A stretch of 64,000 nucleotides of DNA from an uncultured Gammaproteobacteria bacterium (GCA_964414145.1 CAYPVH010000004.1:10849-74848), one strand, 5' to 3'. Counted from the first letter of the stretch, positions 37,012-45,775 are shown. The notes: generated from the letters alone by a model not told the origin. Numbers and translations: made by a program.

Positions 37012-37019
37012 ACATAAAA

Positions 37020-37331
37020 AAATTCCAAATCTCAAATATCAATTTCCAAGCCCTCCGAATCGGAGGGCAAACAAATTACAAATACCAAAAAACAAATAAG
37101 AAGTAAATTTTTTCATGGCTAAGATACATGTCATGATGACAGGAGTGAATTATCAAGAATCAATTACCAATTGACCAATTAAGCAAATAAATCCGAAATC
37201 CGAATATCGAAACTCGAAACAATATCAAAGCACCAAAATCCAAAAAATTCACTTTGTCGGCCTGCTGGCGGACTTCGAGGGGCAGGTAAAATCAAAATAA
37301 ATTCCGAATAACAAACCTAGATACAAATACT
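37020..37331. repeat. noncoding modular repeat tract E (family 1), bracketed by a perfect 39-nt direct repeat
   Basis: Modules: caatttccaag-ccctccgaatcggaggg-caaacaaattacaaataccaaaaaa (37040-37091), caattaccaattgaccaa (37161-37178), and aaatccgaaatccgaatatcgaaa (37189-37212). The 39-nt repeat sits at 36912-36950 and 37332-37370. Confidence 0.85.
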
Positions 37332-37392
37332 GTGCGAGTTCCCCGATACGCTTCGCTTTATCGGGACTAATTCTGTCTTCTTGCTGAATTAA

Positions 37393-38391
37393 TTAAACCA
37401 AACTTTGTTGAGTTTCTTTATTTTCTGAGTTATACAAAATTCCCATATGTTTATACGCCTGCCTGGTTGCGACCCTGCCCTTGGGGGTACGCTTGATAAA
37501 CCCAAGTTGTAGCAGGTATGGTTCTATAAACTCTTCTACGGTTTGTTTGTCTTCCGACAAGGCCATAGAAAGCGTTTCTACCCCTGTTGGCCCGCCATCA
37601 AATTTATTAATTAATGTTTCCATGTATTGCCTGTCTTGTGAAAATAAACCCAAACTATCTATTTCCAGTATTTCAAATAATTTTTTAATTAATGAACTTT
37701 CTATAATTTTATGCTCGTCTACTTGATATAAGTCTCTGGCACGCTTTAGAATTCGGTTCGCAATTCTGGGGGTCTTGCGTGACCGCCTGGCTATTTCCAT
37801 TGCTGCCGATTCTTCGATATTCAAATTCATAATCGCGCTATTTCTGATTATGATTTGCTGAACCTCACCTTCGGTGTAATAATCTAGTCTTAAAACCAAT
37901 CCAAACCTGTCTCTCATGGGGGAAGACAGTAAAGCGACTCTGGTTGTTGCCCCAATTACCGTTATTTTAGGTACAGGAAGGCGAACATTTCTAGCTGACG
38001 GGCCTTTTCCCAAAACAATATCTAGATTATAGTCTTCAAGTACAGGGTAGAGCGCTTCTTCTACCGCTTTTGGTAAACGATGAATTTCATCTATAAACAA
38101 TATGTCTCCATTTTTTAGATTGGTTAAAATTGCAGCTAAGTCGCCGGCCCTTTCAATAGCCGGACCGGAACTGATTTTTATATCTCCTTCAAGTTCAGTT
38201 GCCAAAATATGAGCAAGCGTGGTTTTACCTATACCCGGTGGTCCGTAAAAAAGTAAGTGCTCTGCCGACTCTTTTCTTTTCTTGGCTGCGTCTATAAACA
38301 AGGATAGACTTTTCTTTACCTTTCCTTGACCAATATAATCTTTAAGAGTTTTTGGCCGAAGTTGAGTATCTATGCTTTTAGTTGGTTTCAT
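37393..38391 (-). CDS. ruvB: Holliday junction branch migration helicase RuvB
   Basis: GPPGIGKTTLA, FIDEIHRL, and GATTR. The C-terminal winged helix carries LLQLGFIKRTPKGR. Confidence 0.97.
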   Translation of the reverse strand: MKPTKSIDTQLRPKTLKDYIGQGKVKKSLSLFIDAAKKRKESAEHLLFYGPPGIGKTTLAHILATELEGDIKISSGPAIERAGDLAAILTNLKNGDILFIDEIHRLPKAVEEALYPVLEDYNLDIVLGKGPSARNVRLPVPKITVIGATTRVALLSSPMRDRFGLVLRLDYYTEGEVQQIIIRNSAIMNLNIEESAAMEIARRSRKTPRIANRILKRARDLYQVDEHKIIESSLIKKLFEILEIDSLGLFSQDRQYMETLINKFDGGPTGVETLSMALSEDKQTVEEFIEPYLLQLGFIKRTPKGRVATRQAYKHMGILYNSENKETQQSLV

Positions 38392-38962
38392 TGTTACTTA
38401 AATACTTTAATGCGTGGGTTATTCTTTCTTGTAAAGTTCCAGTTTTTGGTATTTTTGAAAACACTGTTTCTGCCTGAGCTTTTTTAAAACCTAAACTAAC
38501 AAGTGCGTCTATTACCAGATTATCTTCTTCTGTGAACGCAGCGTTGTCTATTTTAAATTCGGCATTGAATTTACTTGATAATTCGAGAAGAATTTTTTGA
38601 GACATTTTTTTGCCAATACCGGGAATTGCCGAAAAATAATGACTGTTTTGTTCTTTTACAGCTGCCACTAATTTTTCTACCTTATTAAAACCGATAATTG
38701 AAATGGCGGTTTTTGGACCGATACTTGAAATGTTAATTAACATATTGAATATTTTTAATTCTTCGTTAGTAGTAAAGCCATACAGACTGATTTCGTTTTC
38801 ACGAACATGAGTGTGAATTAAGATTTCAATATTTTCACCTTCTTTTAATTTAGCTAGAGAGAATGGGGATAAATTTACTTTGTAGTAAACACCAGAGGCA
38901 GTTTCAATAAGGCAATATGATGTATTGATTGTGTCTACCCTACCCTTGATTTTTCCGATCAT
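38378..38962 (-). CDS. ruvA: Holliday junction DNA-binding protein RuvA
   Basis: MIGKIKG start, an OB domain, HhH repeats (ISSIGPKTAISI and IPGIGKKMSQKI), and a 14-nt overlap with ruvB. Confidence 0.85.
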   Translation of the reverse strand: MIGKIKGRVDTINTSYCLIETASGVYYKVNLSPFSLAKLKEGENIEILIHTHVRENEISLYGFTTNEELKIFNMLINISSIGPKTAISIIGFNKVEKLVAAVKEQNSHYFSAIPGIGKKMSQKILLELSSKFNAEFKIDNAAFTEEDNLVIDALVSLGFKKAQAETVFSKIPKTGTLQERITHALKYLSNNETN

Positions 38963-38996
38963 ACAAGTAATTTTAGCACAAAGTTTTGCCTTGGGT

Positions 38997-39473
38997 TTAT
39001 GAGAGTAGTTGATTCATAGATAAGTACGTCATGCCGCAAGCGAGGGCGTCTACTGTATCATCTAATTTTGGTACTTTTTTTAGTTCCAGCAGTGTTATAA
39101 CCATTCTTTCTACCTGATCTTTTTTAGCAGACCCATAACCGGTTAAAGTTTGTTTTATCTGAAGTGGTGTAACTTCTATAACTTTCAAGTTATTAACTGC
39201 CGCTGCCAAAAGCATTACGCCTTGTGCCTGACCAACAATTATGGCCGTTTTTTGATTAGAATTAAAAAATACTTTTTCAATTACCATAATTTTAGGCTGA
39301 TGTTTGGTAATTGTTTTTATGAGTGACTGATATATTACTTGTAGCCTTTTTTCTTTGTTTGTTTTTACGCTGGTTTCGATACAACCATATTCAACTGGAT
39401 TAATTTTACCGTTTTGCTTGTATAAAACCGCCCAACCGGTTCGGGCAATACCCGGATCTAATGAAATAATCAT
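38997..39473 (-). CDS. ruvC: crossover junction endodeoxyribonuclease RuvC
   Basis: MIISLDPGIARTGWA and VIEKVFF, plus C-terminal DDTVDALA (catalytic Asp). Start placed at the ATG at 39473. Confidence 0.85.
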   Translation of the reverse strand: MIISLDPGIARTGWAVLYKQNGKINPVEYGCIETSVKTNKEKRLQVIYQSLIKTITKHQPKIMVIEKVFFNSNQKTAIIVGQAQGVMLLAAAVNNLKVIEVTPLQIKQTLTGYGSAKKDQVERMVITLLELKKVPKLDDTVDALACGMTYLSMNQLLS

Positions 39474-39527
39474 TACATCTTCGTTAATCATTAAGAAAGA
39501 TGTTATCAAATTCTTTGTGAATTTATT

Positions 39528-40025
39528 TTAACCTTGTTCCTTATCTTCTTTTATGAGGTACTTATCCATTAAAACCGGAATTTGATTTTTTAGGTAACTT
39601 GCCATAAATTCTTCTTCGTTAATATTCTGATCCGACAGCCTAACTACATCTTTTAAATTAAGCCGTCTACCGATTTCGGTGAGAACTTTATACTGTGCAA
39701 TTTCGTAATTTTCTAATGCATATTCGTAGGTAGCATTTTTAACCGGCTTATGTGAATTTAATTCTTTTGGAATAGTATTTTCCATATTGATTATAGTTTC
39801 TCTTGTTTCTGGACTGGCTTCTTCTATAGTGCCCCCTAAATTTGTAATTACTTTTTCAACTCGTTTTGTTTGTCGCATTGTTGTTTCTCTGTGCTGTTTT
39901 ATTTGCTTCTGTAAATCTGGAAAATTATTTGCATCGTTGATATGCTGATCTAAAATCTTAGAAATTTCAACTTCCATAGTGTGAATGTTATTCAGCCAGC
40001 CTAGTACTAAATCTCTGTTTTGCAT
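39528..40025 (-). CDS. ferritin-like four-helix protein (DUF892/YciE-YciF-like)
   Basis: Family-like pattern: L..L..IHTMEVEI.K.L....., then LQKQIKQHRETTMRQTKRVEKVITNLGG, then ENYEIAQYKVL. Assignment is from memory of the family profile. Confidence 0.5.
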   Translation of the reverse strand: MQNRDLVLGWLNNIHTMEVEISKILDQHINDANNFPDLQKQIKQHRETTMRQTKRVEKVITNLGGTIEEASPETRETIINMENTIPKELNSHKPVKNATYEYALENYEIAQYKVLTEIGRRLNLKDVVRLSDQNINEEEFMASYLKNQIPVLMDKYLIKEDKEQG

Positions 40026-40220
40026 ACTTAAATATTACATATTAACGGTAAATGTAATATATAACAGTTGTAAGAATTAATTAAGTAACGGGTAAATACC
40101 AAAGCCCAGCATTTCGCCAGGCTTTAGCAAAATTAAAACTACTAAATGATATTTCTACACCATGAGTTTAGTATTAGGTTTTAGTAATAATATAGTAAAT
40201 AAATAGTTTATAATTACACT

Positions 40221-41087
40221 ATGCCACCAGACAAATATACGGCAACTTGGGTATCTCATACCTCTATATCTGATTTTCTAACATGCCCCAGGGCTTATTA
40301 TTTAAAAAATATTTATAAAAATCCTAAAACAGGTAATAAAATGCAAATTATTTCTCCACCTTTGGCACTTGGCCAGGTGGTTCACGAAATTATTGAATCG
40401 CTTTCTGAAATAGAAGTTAAAAAGCGCTTTATTGAACCCTTGAGTTTGAAATTAGACAAACTATGGCCCAATATTAGTGGAGAAAAAGGTGGGTTTTTAA
40501 ATAAAAAAATCGAGGCAGAATATAAAAATAGAGCAGAAACGATGCTTTCAAGAATTACAACAAATCCCGGACCGTTAACAAAACTTGCAGTAAAAATTAA
40601 TATGGACCTTCCCTATTACTGGTTAAGTGAAGATGAAGAAATAATATTATGCGGAAAGATTGATTGGTTGGAATATATTGAAGACATAGATTCGGTTCAT
40701 ATAATAGACTTTAAAACAGGTAGGAGTAATGAAAAAAAGGATTCTTTACAATTGCCAATATATTACCTGCTGGCAAAGAACTGCCAGAAAAGAGATGTTA
40801 TTAAATCTAGCTATTGGTATTTGGACCGTGATGAGGGTATGGTGGAAAATAAACTACCTGATTATCAATCTTCTTCCTTAAAATTATTGGAAATTGCCCG
40901 AAAAATAAAAGTTGCAAGAAAACTAAACCACTTTAACTGCCCGCTAAAAACAGGTTGTTATGCATGTTTACCTTTTGAAAACGTATTAAAGGGTAAAGCT
41001 AAACTGGTTGGTAAAAATAGCTTTGGCCAAGATATATACATTGACACAGATTTAGACACCCCAAATCGAGAAGGCACTATTCTTTAA
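40221..41087 (+). CDS. PD-(D/E)XK nuclease with Cas4/AddB-type Fe-S cysteines
   Basis: An N-terminal Cys (FLTCPRAYYLK) plus a C-terminal C..C...C..C-like cluster (FNCPLKTGCYAC). Core motifs GKIDWLE and IIDFKTG. Confidence 0.65.
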   Translation: MPPDKYTATWVSHTSISDFLTCPRAYYLKNIYKNPKTGNKMQIISPPLALGQVVHEIIESLSEIEVKKRFIEPLSLKLDKLWPNISGEKGGFLNKKIEAEYKNRAETMLSRITTNPGPLTKLAVKINMDLPYYWLSEDEEIILCGKIDWLEYIEDIDSVHIIDFKTGRSNEKKDSLQLPIYYLLAKNCQKRDVIKSSYWYLDRDEGMVENKLPDYQSSSLKLLEIARKIKVARKLNHFNCPLKTGCYACLPFENVLKGKAKLVGKNSFGQDIYIDTDLDTPNREGTIL

Positions 41088-41850
41088 TACAAATCACTAC
41101 CATAACGCTTTTATATTCGCTTATTAAGCTTTTATTAGTTTTTATAAATGAAGATGAACCACCATCTAAGTTTAGAGAGTTATTTATTTCTATATTTTCC
41201 TTTTGGGCCATTTTTTTTACTATTAAAGGAAGGTTGGAAAGTAGCGGTCCGGAATAAGTTGAATTAGGCATAAAAAAGATAGCAAAATATATATTGCCGT
41301 TAATGTCTTCCATAACTACTGAACGCCTAGCTTGCTTGTCTGCATTTATTACAAGGTTAAGCGGATTACCATTTTGAACCAATATTGGCCCGGATTGAAT
41401 AGCGTTAACAGTTCCTTCGGGCGGTTCTATATTTTCAATTTTAAAGATGTTATTTGGGTATGTAGTAAAGTAGCCATTAAGAAAATTGTTATTGGTAGAT
41501 TTTTGAATTTTTTGTTCGTTAATTATTAACAAACCGATCGGTTTGTTTCTTGTGTCGTAAAAACCACCATTAATCGCTTTTTTGCATTTTTCATTTTTTA
41601 CAATGTCTTGTGCGGCTTCTTCTTTATTGTTAAGGACAATGTTTATTTGTTCATTCTGTTTAACTGAGAAAATTAGATATTGATATTTTTTTCCTTTATA
41701 TGTTATTGGATTTCCGATGTTTACTGAATTCTGTTGAGTTTCATTTTTTAATATATTTCTTTGGCTATATGCTTTAATAAAGTTGTTTAGAGTGTTGTAT
41801 GTATAATAGAAAAAATATATAGCAATTGCTGTTATTAATAATTTTTTCAT
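41077..41850 (-). CDS. secreted/anchored phosphodiester glycosidase-like (DUF2233-like) protein
   Basis: N-terminal TM/signal segment, AINGGFYD...PIGLLIINEQK, and NLDGGSSS. Confidence 0.5.
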   Translation of the reverse strand: MKKLLITAIAIYFFYYTYNTLNNFIKAYSQRNILKNETQQNSVNIGNPITYKGKKYQYLIFSVKQNEQINIVLNNKEEAAQDIVKNEKCKKAINGGFYDTRNKPIGLLIINEQKIQKSTNNNFLNGYFTTYPNNIFKIENIEPPEGTVNAIQSGPILVQNGNPLNLVINADKQARRSVVMEDINGNIYFAIFFMPNSTYSGPLLSNLPLIVKKMAQKENIEINNSLNLDGGSSSFIKTNKSLISEYKSVMVVICIKE

Positions 41851-41926
41851 TTTCTTATTATATATTTTTACAAAACACTTACCTTTTTTTGTGCTAAAAC
41901 TATTAATTTATTGTAATACTGCTTTC

Positions 41927-42250
41927 GTGCAAAAATCTGATATATACTTAGATAGTAAAATTACTACTAACCACGAGGAAATAAGGGATTGGATTGAAAA
42001 TAACGGCGGTAAGCCCAAAATTATTGACAATATAGATGCAGAGTCTGATTCAATTGGTATACGAGTGGACTTTAATGGAATTGATAATGATATATACTTG
42101 GAAAATAATCTAAAATTAGGAAATAATTTAGCTTGGAGTGAGTTTTTTGATATTTTTGAAAAAGAAAACTTAGCCTTTGAATACAGTATTAAATTTGATA
42201 AAAATAACCCAGCTTTAAGTTACCGATTCTTAAATAGAAAAGAACAGTAA
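41927..42250 (+). CDS. small conserved hypothetical protein
   Basis: ITTNHEEIRDWIENNGGKPKII ... IRVDF ... LAWSEFFDIFEKENLAFEY resembles a widespread small family of unknown function (from memory). The start is either the GTG at 41927 or the GTG at 41891. Confidence 0.45.
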   Translation: MQKSDIYLDSKITTNHEEIRDWIENNGGKPKIIDNIDAESDSIGIRVDFNGIDNDIYLENNLKLGNNLAWSEFFDIFEKENLAFEYSIKFDKNNPALSYRFLNRKEQ

Positions 42251-42252
42251 TA

Positions 42253-42660
42253 TTATTCTGCCTTCTTTTTAAGCTTGTAGTTTGGCACAATGTTTAAGAT
42301 ATTTCCTTCTTGATCTTCTATGGTTGTTGCCCCGGTTTCGGTTACGTATTTTGCCAAATATGACGAAAGCATTTCTTTGGCGTTTTTTAGCCTATCTTTA
42401 ACATCATCTAAATTCTGCTTTAATGCAACTGTAGAACTTAATTTGTTCATACCTTCGACAACCTTTTTCTTTTCTGTTTTTAATTCTTTTGTTTTTTCTT
42501 CAAGTTCATGAATTTTAGCATCATTTGTAAAAGTATCGTTGTATTGTTCCCTTTTTTCTCTTAGGGTTTGTTGAAGTTCTTGGATGTCTCTGATATATCT
42601 TTTTATTACAACATCTAGTTCTAGAAACTGTTTTGATTGGTCAATATCTGAGTTATTCAT
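42253..42660 (-). CDS. hypothetical coiled-coil protein
   Basis: Heptad-rich charged sequence. Start placed at the ATG at 42660 (MNNSDIDQSK). No motif recognised. Confidence 0.4.
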   Translation of the reverse strand: MNNSDIDQSKQFLELDVVIKRYIRDIQELQQTLREKREQYNDTFTNDAKIHELEEKTKELKTEKKKVVEGMNKLSSTVALKQNLDDVKDRLKNAKEMLSSYLAKYVTETGATTIEDQEGNILNIVPNYKLKKKAE

Positions 42661-42730
42661 ATATAAATTATTAAAACTGATAAGAAAATAACTATACAGT
42701 TTGAAACTATTTTCGTCAAACATATATTTT

Positions 42731-42758
42731 AAAAAAGAGGCCGTTTATTAACGGCCTC
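42731..42758 (-). terminator. rho-independent terminator (minus strand)
   Basis: GAGGCCGTT-(4 nt)-AACGGCCTC followed by TTTTTT when read on the minus strand. Confidence 0.7.
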
Positions 42759-42942
42759 TCGGTACTTAGCCAAAACATATTATGTAGATACTCTTAGCTA
42801 AATAAAATATTTGTTAAGAAGAGTTTTTACCTATATGTTTTGTGCTTAAATATCTAATTTATAATACTGTTGATATTACCGATGTTGAGTTAGTTATGTG
42901 TTTAAGAGTCGTAAGTAAACTGTAAGGTTTTTTATTAATTGA

Positions 42943-43272
42943 TTACTTTTTTCGAGCAGATAGTTTTAGTTTTTGAAACCAATTTCTTTTATACATTACG
43001 GCGATTATTGAATATACTGCTATATCGTTCCAAGTTTCTTCAATTGATTCATTGGTAGGTTTTTTATTATTTTGAAGTAAGTTACGTAAACGATTTATTT
43101 TATCGTTTATTCTGTAACATATTCCTAGTTCTCCGGTGTCTAGAATGTTACCTTTTCCATAATCCAAATTCTTTTTTATGAATATTTCTTCTAGCTCTAG
43201 AGACACTTGTCTGAATGCTTCTTCAAGAGTTTTTGGTTTTTCCATTGTTGATGTTTTTACTAATAATTTCAA
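42943..43272 (-). CDS. small helical protein, DUF1599-like (nucleotide-modification-associated domain 1-like)
   Basis: KKNLDYGKGNI..GELGICYRINDKINRLRNL...WNDIAVYSIIAVM resembles the DUF1599 pattern, which is often phage-associated. Assignment is from memory. Confidence 0.4.
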   Translation of the reverse strand: MKLLVKTSTMEKPKTLEEAFRQVSLELEEIFIKKNLDYGKGNILDTGELGICYRINDKINRLRNLLQNNKKPTNESIEETWNDIAVYSIIAVMYKRNWFQKLKLSARKK

Positions 43273-43330
43273 TTATATAATTTTAAAAAATAATTTAGTA
43301 AATAGAATTGGTATAATTCTTGTATATTAA

Positions 43331-44914
43331 ATGCAAGGCAAAGCTAAGAGTTTGAAGCCTTTAATTAAAAGACAAGAAGACTTATTTACAAGTTATGTTT
43401 TGGACTTTTCGCTTACAAACGCCATTTATGAAAGTACTAGCATTGCCTTAACCGTACTTGACAAAAATTTAACAATTCTTTCTGCTAATAAATCATTTTT
43501 AAAGAAATTTAATCTGGAAACAAGTGAAGTTATTAATAAATCTTTGGCTTCAGTACAACAAGGTAAAATACTTCCGACTAAATTTGTTAGTTCTTTAAAA
43601 CGAGCAATTAAGAATAATGTAAATATTGGTGGATTTTTATTGGAGTATGAAAATTTTCATGGTAGCAAAATTTTTTATAAACTTAATGCTCAGAAAATAT
43701 CTTTGTCTAATTTTAAGACCGATTTGTATTTATTACAATACATGGAAATTACCGATCAGATAAAGACAGAGAGGAACCTGACCGTAATATCTAAACTACT
43801 CGATAGGACTGCTGGTGAAGTTAGAAAAGAAAGAAGCTTTTTGAATAAAATTCTAGACAAAATACAGATAGCTATTCTTTATGTTGATAGGGATTTAACA
43901 ATTAAAAACTGTAATAAAGAAGCAGCAGATTTTTTACGATATAAATACAATAAGTTAGCTAATATTCCTATAAATCAATTAAAAAAGAGCCATTATAGAA
44001 TAGTTGATATATTAGAAAATGTTATATCTTCGGGTAAAAGTATTTACACTAAAACTATTTCTGTTAGTTCTAATTCGCACAGTAAAAATACTAAGTACTA
44101 CTTAATTTCTTGTATTTGTGACAAAAATTCAAAGAAAAAAATACTAGGAGCCTTTTTTCAGGCACAAGACATTACTTCTTTGGTTTTAACAAAAGAAAGG
44201 CTAGAAAGAGAAAGAAAAAAACTTGAGCAGTTGGAGGAACGAAAAGATCGGTTTATTAGCATGGCAAGTCATGAGCTTAGAAACCCAATCACAACAATTA
44301 GCGCTTATTTACAACTAATAGAAAAGAAAAACTTATTTAAAAAAAATAATAAATTTAAAAAATATTTACAAAAAGCCATTAGCCAAGTTGATAAGTTAGT
44401 GCTCTTAATTGATGATCTTCTGGATGTTAGCAAAATTGAAGAAGGAAAAATTATATTAAAAAATAGAAAAATAAATCTAAATAATTTTATAAAAAAAATA
44501 GTCAATCAAACTAGAGCAGTAAATAAAGACTTTAGTATTACAATTAAAAAAGGTAGGGATATAAACATACTTGGTGATACAGACAGACTAGAGCAGGTTT
44601 TTGTTAATATATTAAATAATTCCATAAAGTTTTCAGCAAAAAACAAGCAGATTATAGTTGGCTTTAAAATAACGAGTGGTTTTGTAACTGTGTTTATTCA
44701 AGACTTTGGCATAGGAATACCCAAGGCTGAAATTAACATGGTATTTAAAAGATTTAGAAGATCTAGCGAGGCCAGTAAAATGATGATTGAGGGTACTGGC
44801 CTCGGGCTTTATATATGCAAAGAAATTGTTAAACTACATGGTGGCAAAATTTGGGCTGAAAGTAGTTTACATAAAGGTTCTACCTTCTATATAAGCCTTC
44901 CCTTGGCTAATTAA
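43331..44914 (+). CDS. cytoplasmic PAS-domain sensor histidine kinase (orphan)
   Basis: H box MASHELRNPIT, N box NILNNSIKFS, G1 DFGIGI, and G2 GTGLGLYICKEIVKLHGG. No TM segment. No response regulator gene in the window. Confidence 0.85.
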   Translation: MQGKAKSLKPLIKRQEDLFTSYVLDFSLTNAIYESTSIALTVLDKNLTILSANKSFLKKFNLETSEVINKSLASVQQGKILPTKFVSSLKRAIKNNVNIGGFLLEYENFHGSKIFYKLNAQKISLSNFKTDLYLLQYMEITDQIKTERNLTVISKLLDRTAGEVRKERSFLNKILDKIQIAILYVDRDLTIKNCNKEAADFLRYKYNKLANIPINQLKKSHYRIVDILENVISSGKSIYTKTISVSSNSHSKNTKYYLISCICDKNSKKKILGAFFQAQDITSLVLTKERLERERKKLEQLEERKDRFISMASHELRNPITTISAYLQLIEKKNLFKKNNKFKKYLQKAISQVDKLVLLIDDLLDVSKIEEGKIILKNRKINLNNFIKKIVNQTRAVNKDFSITIKKGRDINILGDTDRLEQVFVNILNNSIKFSAKNKQIIVGFKITSGFVTVFIQDFGIGIPKAEINMVFKRFRRSSEASKMMIEGTGLGLYICKEIVKLHGGKIWAESSLHKGSTFYISLPLAN

Positions 44915-45428
44915 TATTAACAACTTCAATCTTGCTTGCGTTATGTTGATTTAATATGCTTCTTGATTCAAAACTACCACTCTTCTCCGGCACCGCTAGT
45001 ATTATCGCTCCTTTTTTTATTATATCTTCATAATACTTTGCGCTTTCCTCTGGTATTCCAATACAGGTAAGCGCACCTACTATACCACCTGCAAGCGCAC
45101 CTGTTACCGCACCGGAAACCGTTGTTGCTGCTGCACCAGTTAAACCCAATGCTGCTGCAATTGGACCACCAATTAAAATTGCACCAATGCCAGGAATTGC
45201 TATAGCCCCAACCCCAATTAAGAAACCAGCAATACCACCAATAATACCCCCTACTGCTGTTCCTTCTGCTGCTTCGTTTAGTGCTGAATTTTCTCGTGTA
45301 GGTTTAATAGTACCTTCCTTTGCAACAACCGATATATCTTTTGGGCTGTATCCATGTTCGTTTAGTTCTTCAACAGCATTGTTTGCGTCTACTTCATTTT
45401 CAAAAACTGCTATGTTTACTTTGGCTAT
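44907..45428 (-). CDS. YflT/general-stress-protein-like protein with a glycine-zipper membrane segment; non-canonical (ATA) start
   Basis: The frame is open upstream of the listed TTG, back to the TGA at 45437..45435. The sequence (M/I)AKVNIAVFENEVDANNAVEELNEHGYSPKDISVV is the YflT-type N-domain. It is followed by GGIIGGIAGFLIGVGAIAIPGIGAILIGGP and IPEESAKYYEDIIKKGAIIL. A strong SD, GAAAGGAGGTGAA, lies 9 nt upstream of the ATA at 45428. Confidence 0.6.
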   Translation of the reverse strand: MAKVNIAVFENEVDANNAVEELNEHGYSPKDISVVAKEGTIKPTRENSALNEAAEGTAVGGIIGGIAGFLIGVGAIAIPGIGAILIGGPIAAALGLTGAAATTVSGAVTGALAGGIVGALTCIGIPEESAKYYEDIIKKGAIILAVPEKSGSFESRSILNQHNASKIEVVNIN

Positions 45429-45540
45429 TCTTATTCACCTCCTTTCAAGTTTTAATTATTATCCTCTAATATGAATAATTTACTTACTGGTAGTAAAAAT
45501 ACAACAAGCTTTTTGAAAGAGAAAAGTAAGATGTTAATTA

Positions 45541-45579
45541 AAAATAAAGAAACCCGGAATATAAAATCCGGGTTTCTTT
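45541..45579 (-). terminator. rho-independent terminator after the 61-aa gene (stem usable in both directions)
   Basis: AAAGAAACCCGGA-(8 nt)-TCCGGGTTTCTTT with T-rich sequence on both sides. It begins 10 nt after the stop at 45590. Confidence 0.7.
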
Positions 45580-45589
45580 ATTTCTTTTC

Positions 45590-45775
45590 TTATTTATTTA
45601 GCTTTTCTAGTTTTGCGATATCATCTTTACTTAGTATTTTGTAGAGTTTAATTTTCTTTCCGTCTACTACTTTAACAGCGCTAGCTGCTTTTCTACCATT
45701 TTTCATTGTTTTTAGTTCTACGTCTTTTTCATCAACGTCGATCTTTTTTTTAAGTTGTACACTATAAAATTGCAT
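45590..45775 (-). CDS. 61-aa highly basic protein (candidate small nucleic-acid-binding protein)
   Basis: SD GAAAGGAGGTGAA precedes the ATG. It contains 16 Lys and 1 Arg against 9 Asp/Glu, and it has its own terminator. No family recognised. Confidence 0.5.
   Translation of the reverse strand: MQFYSVQLKKKIDVDEKDVELKTMKNGRKAASAVKVVDGKKIKLYKILSKDDIAKLEKLNK

Noticed and set aside
45187-45474. 95-aa plus-strand ORF rich in Pro/Ala/Ile
   Set aside because: It is the antisense shadow of the minus-strand YflT-like gene, whose Gly-zipper GGT/GCA codons read as Pro/Ala-type codons on the opposite strand. It has no SD.
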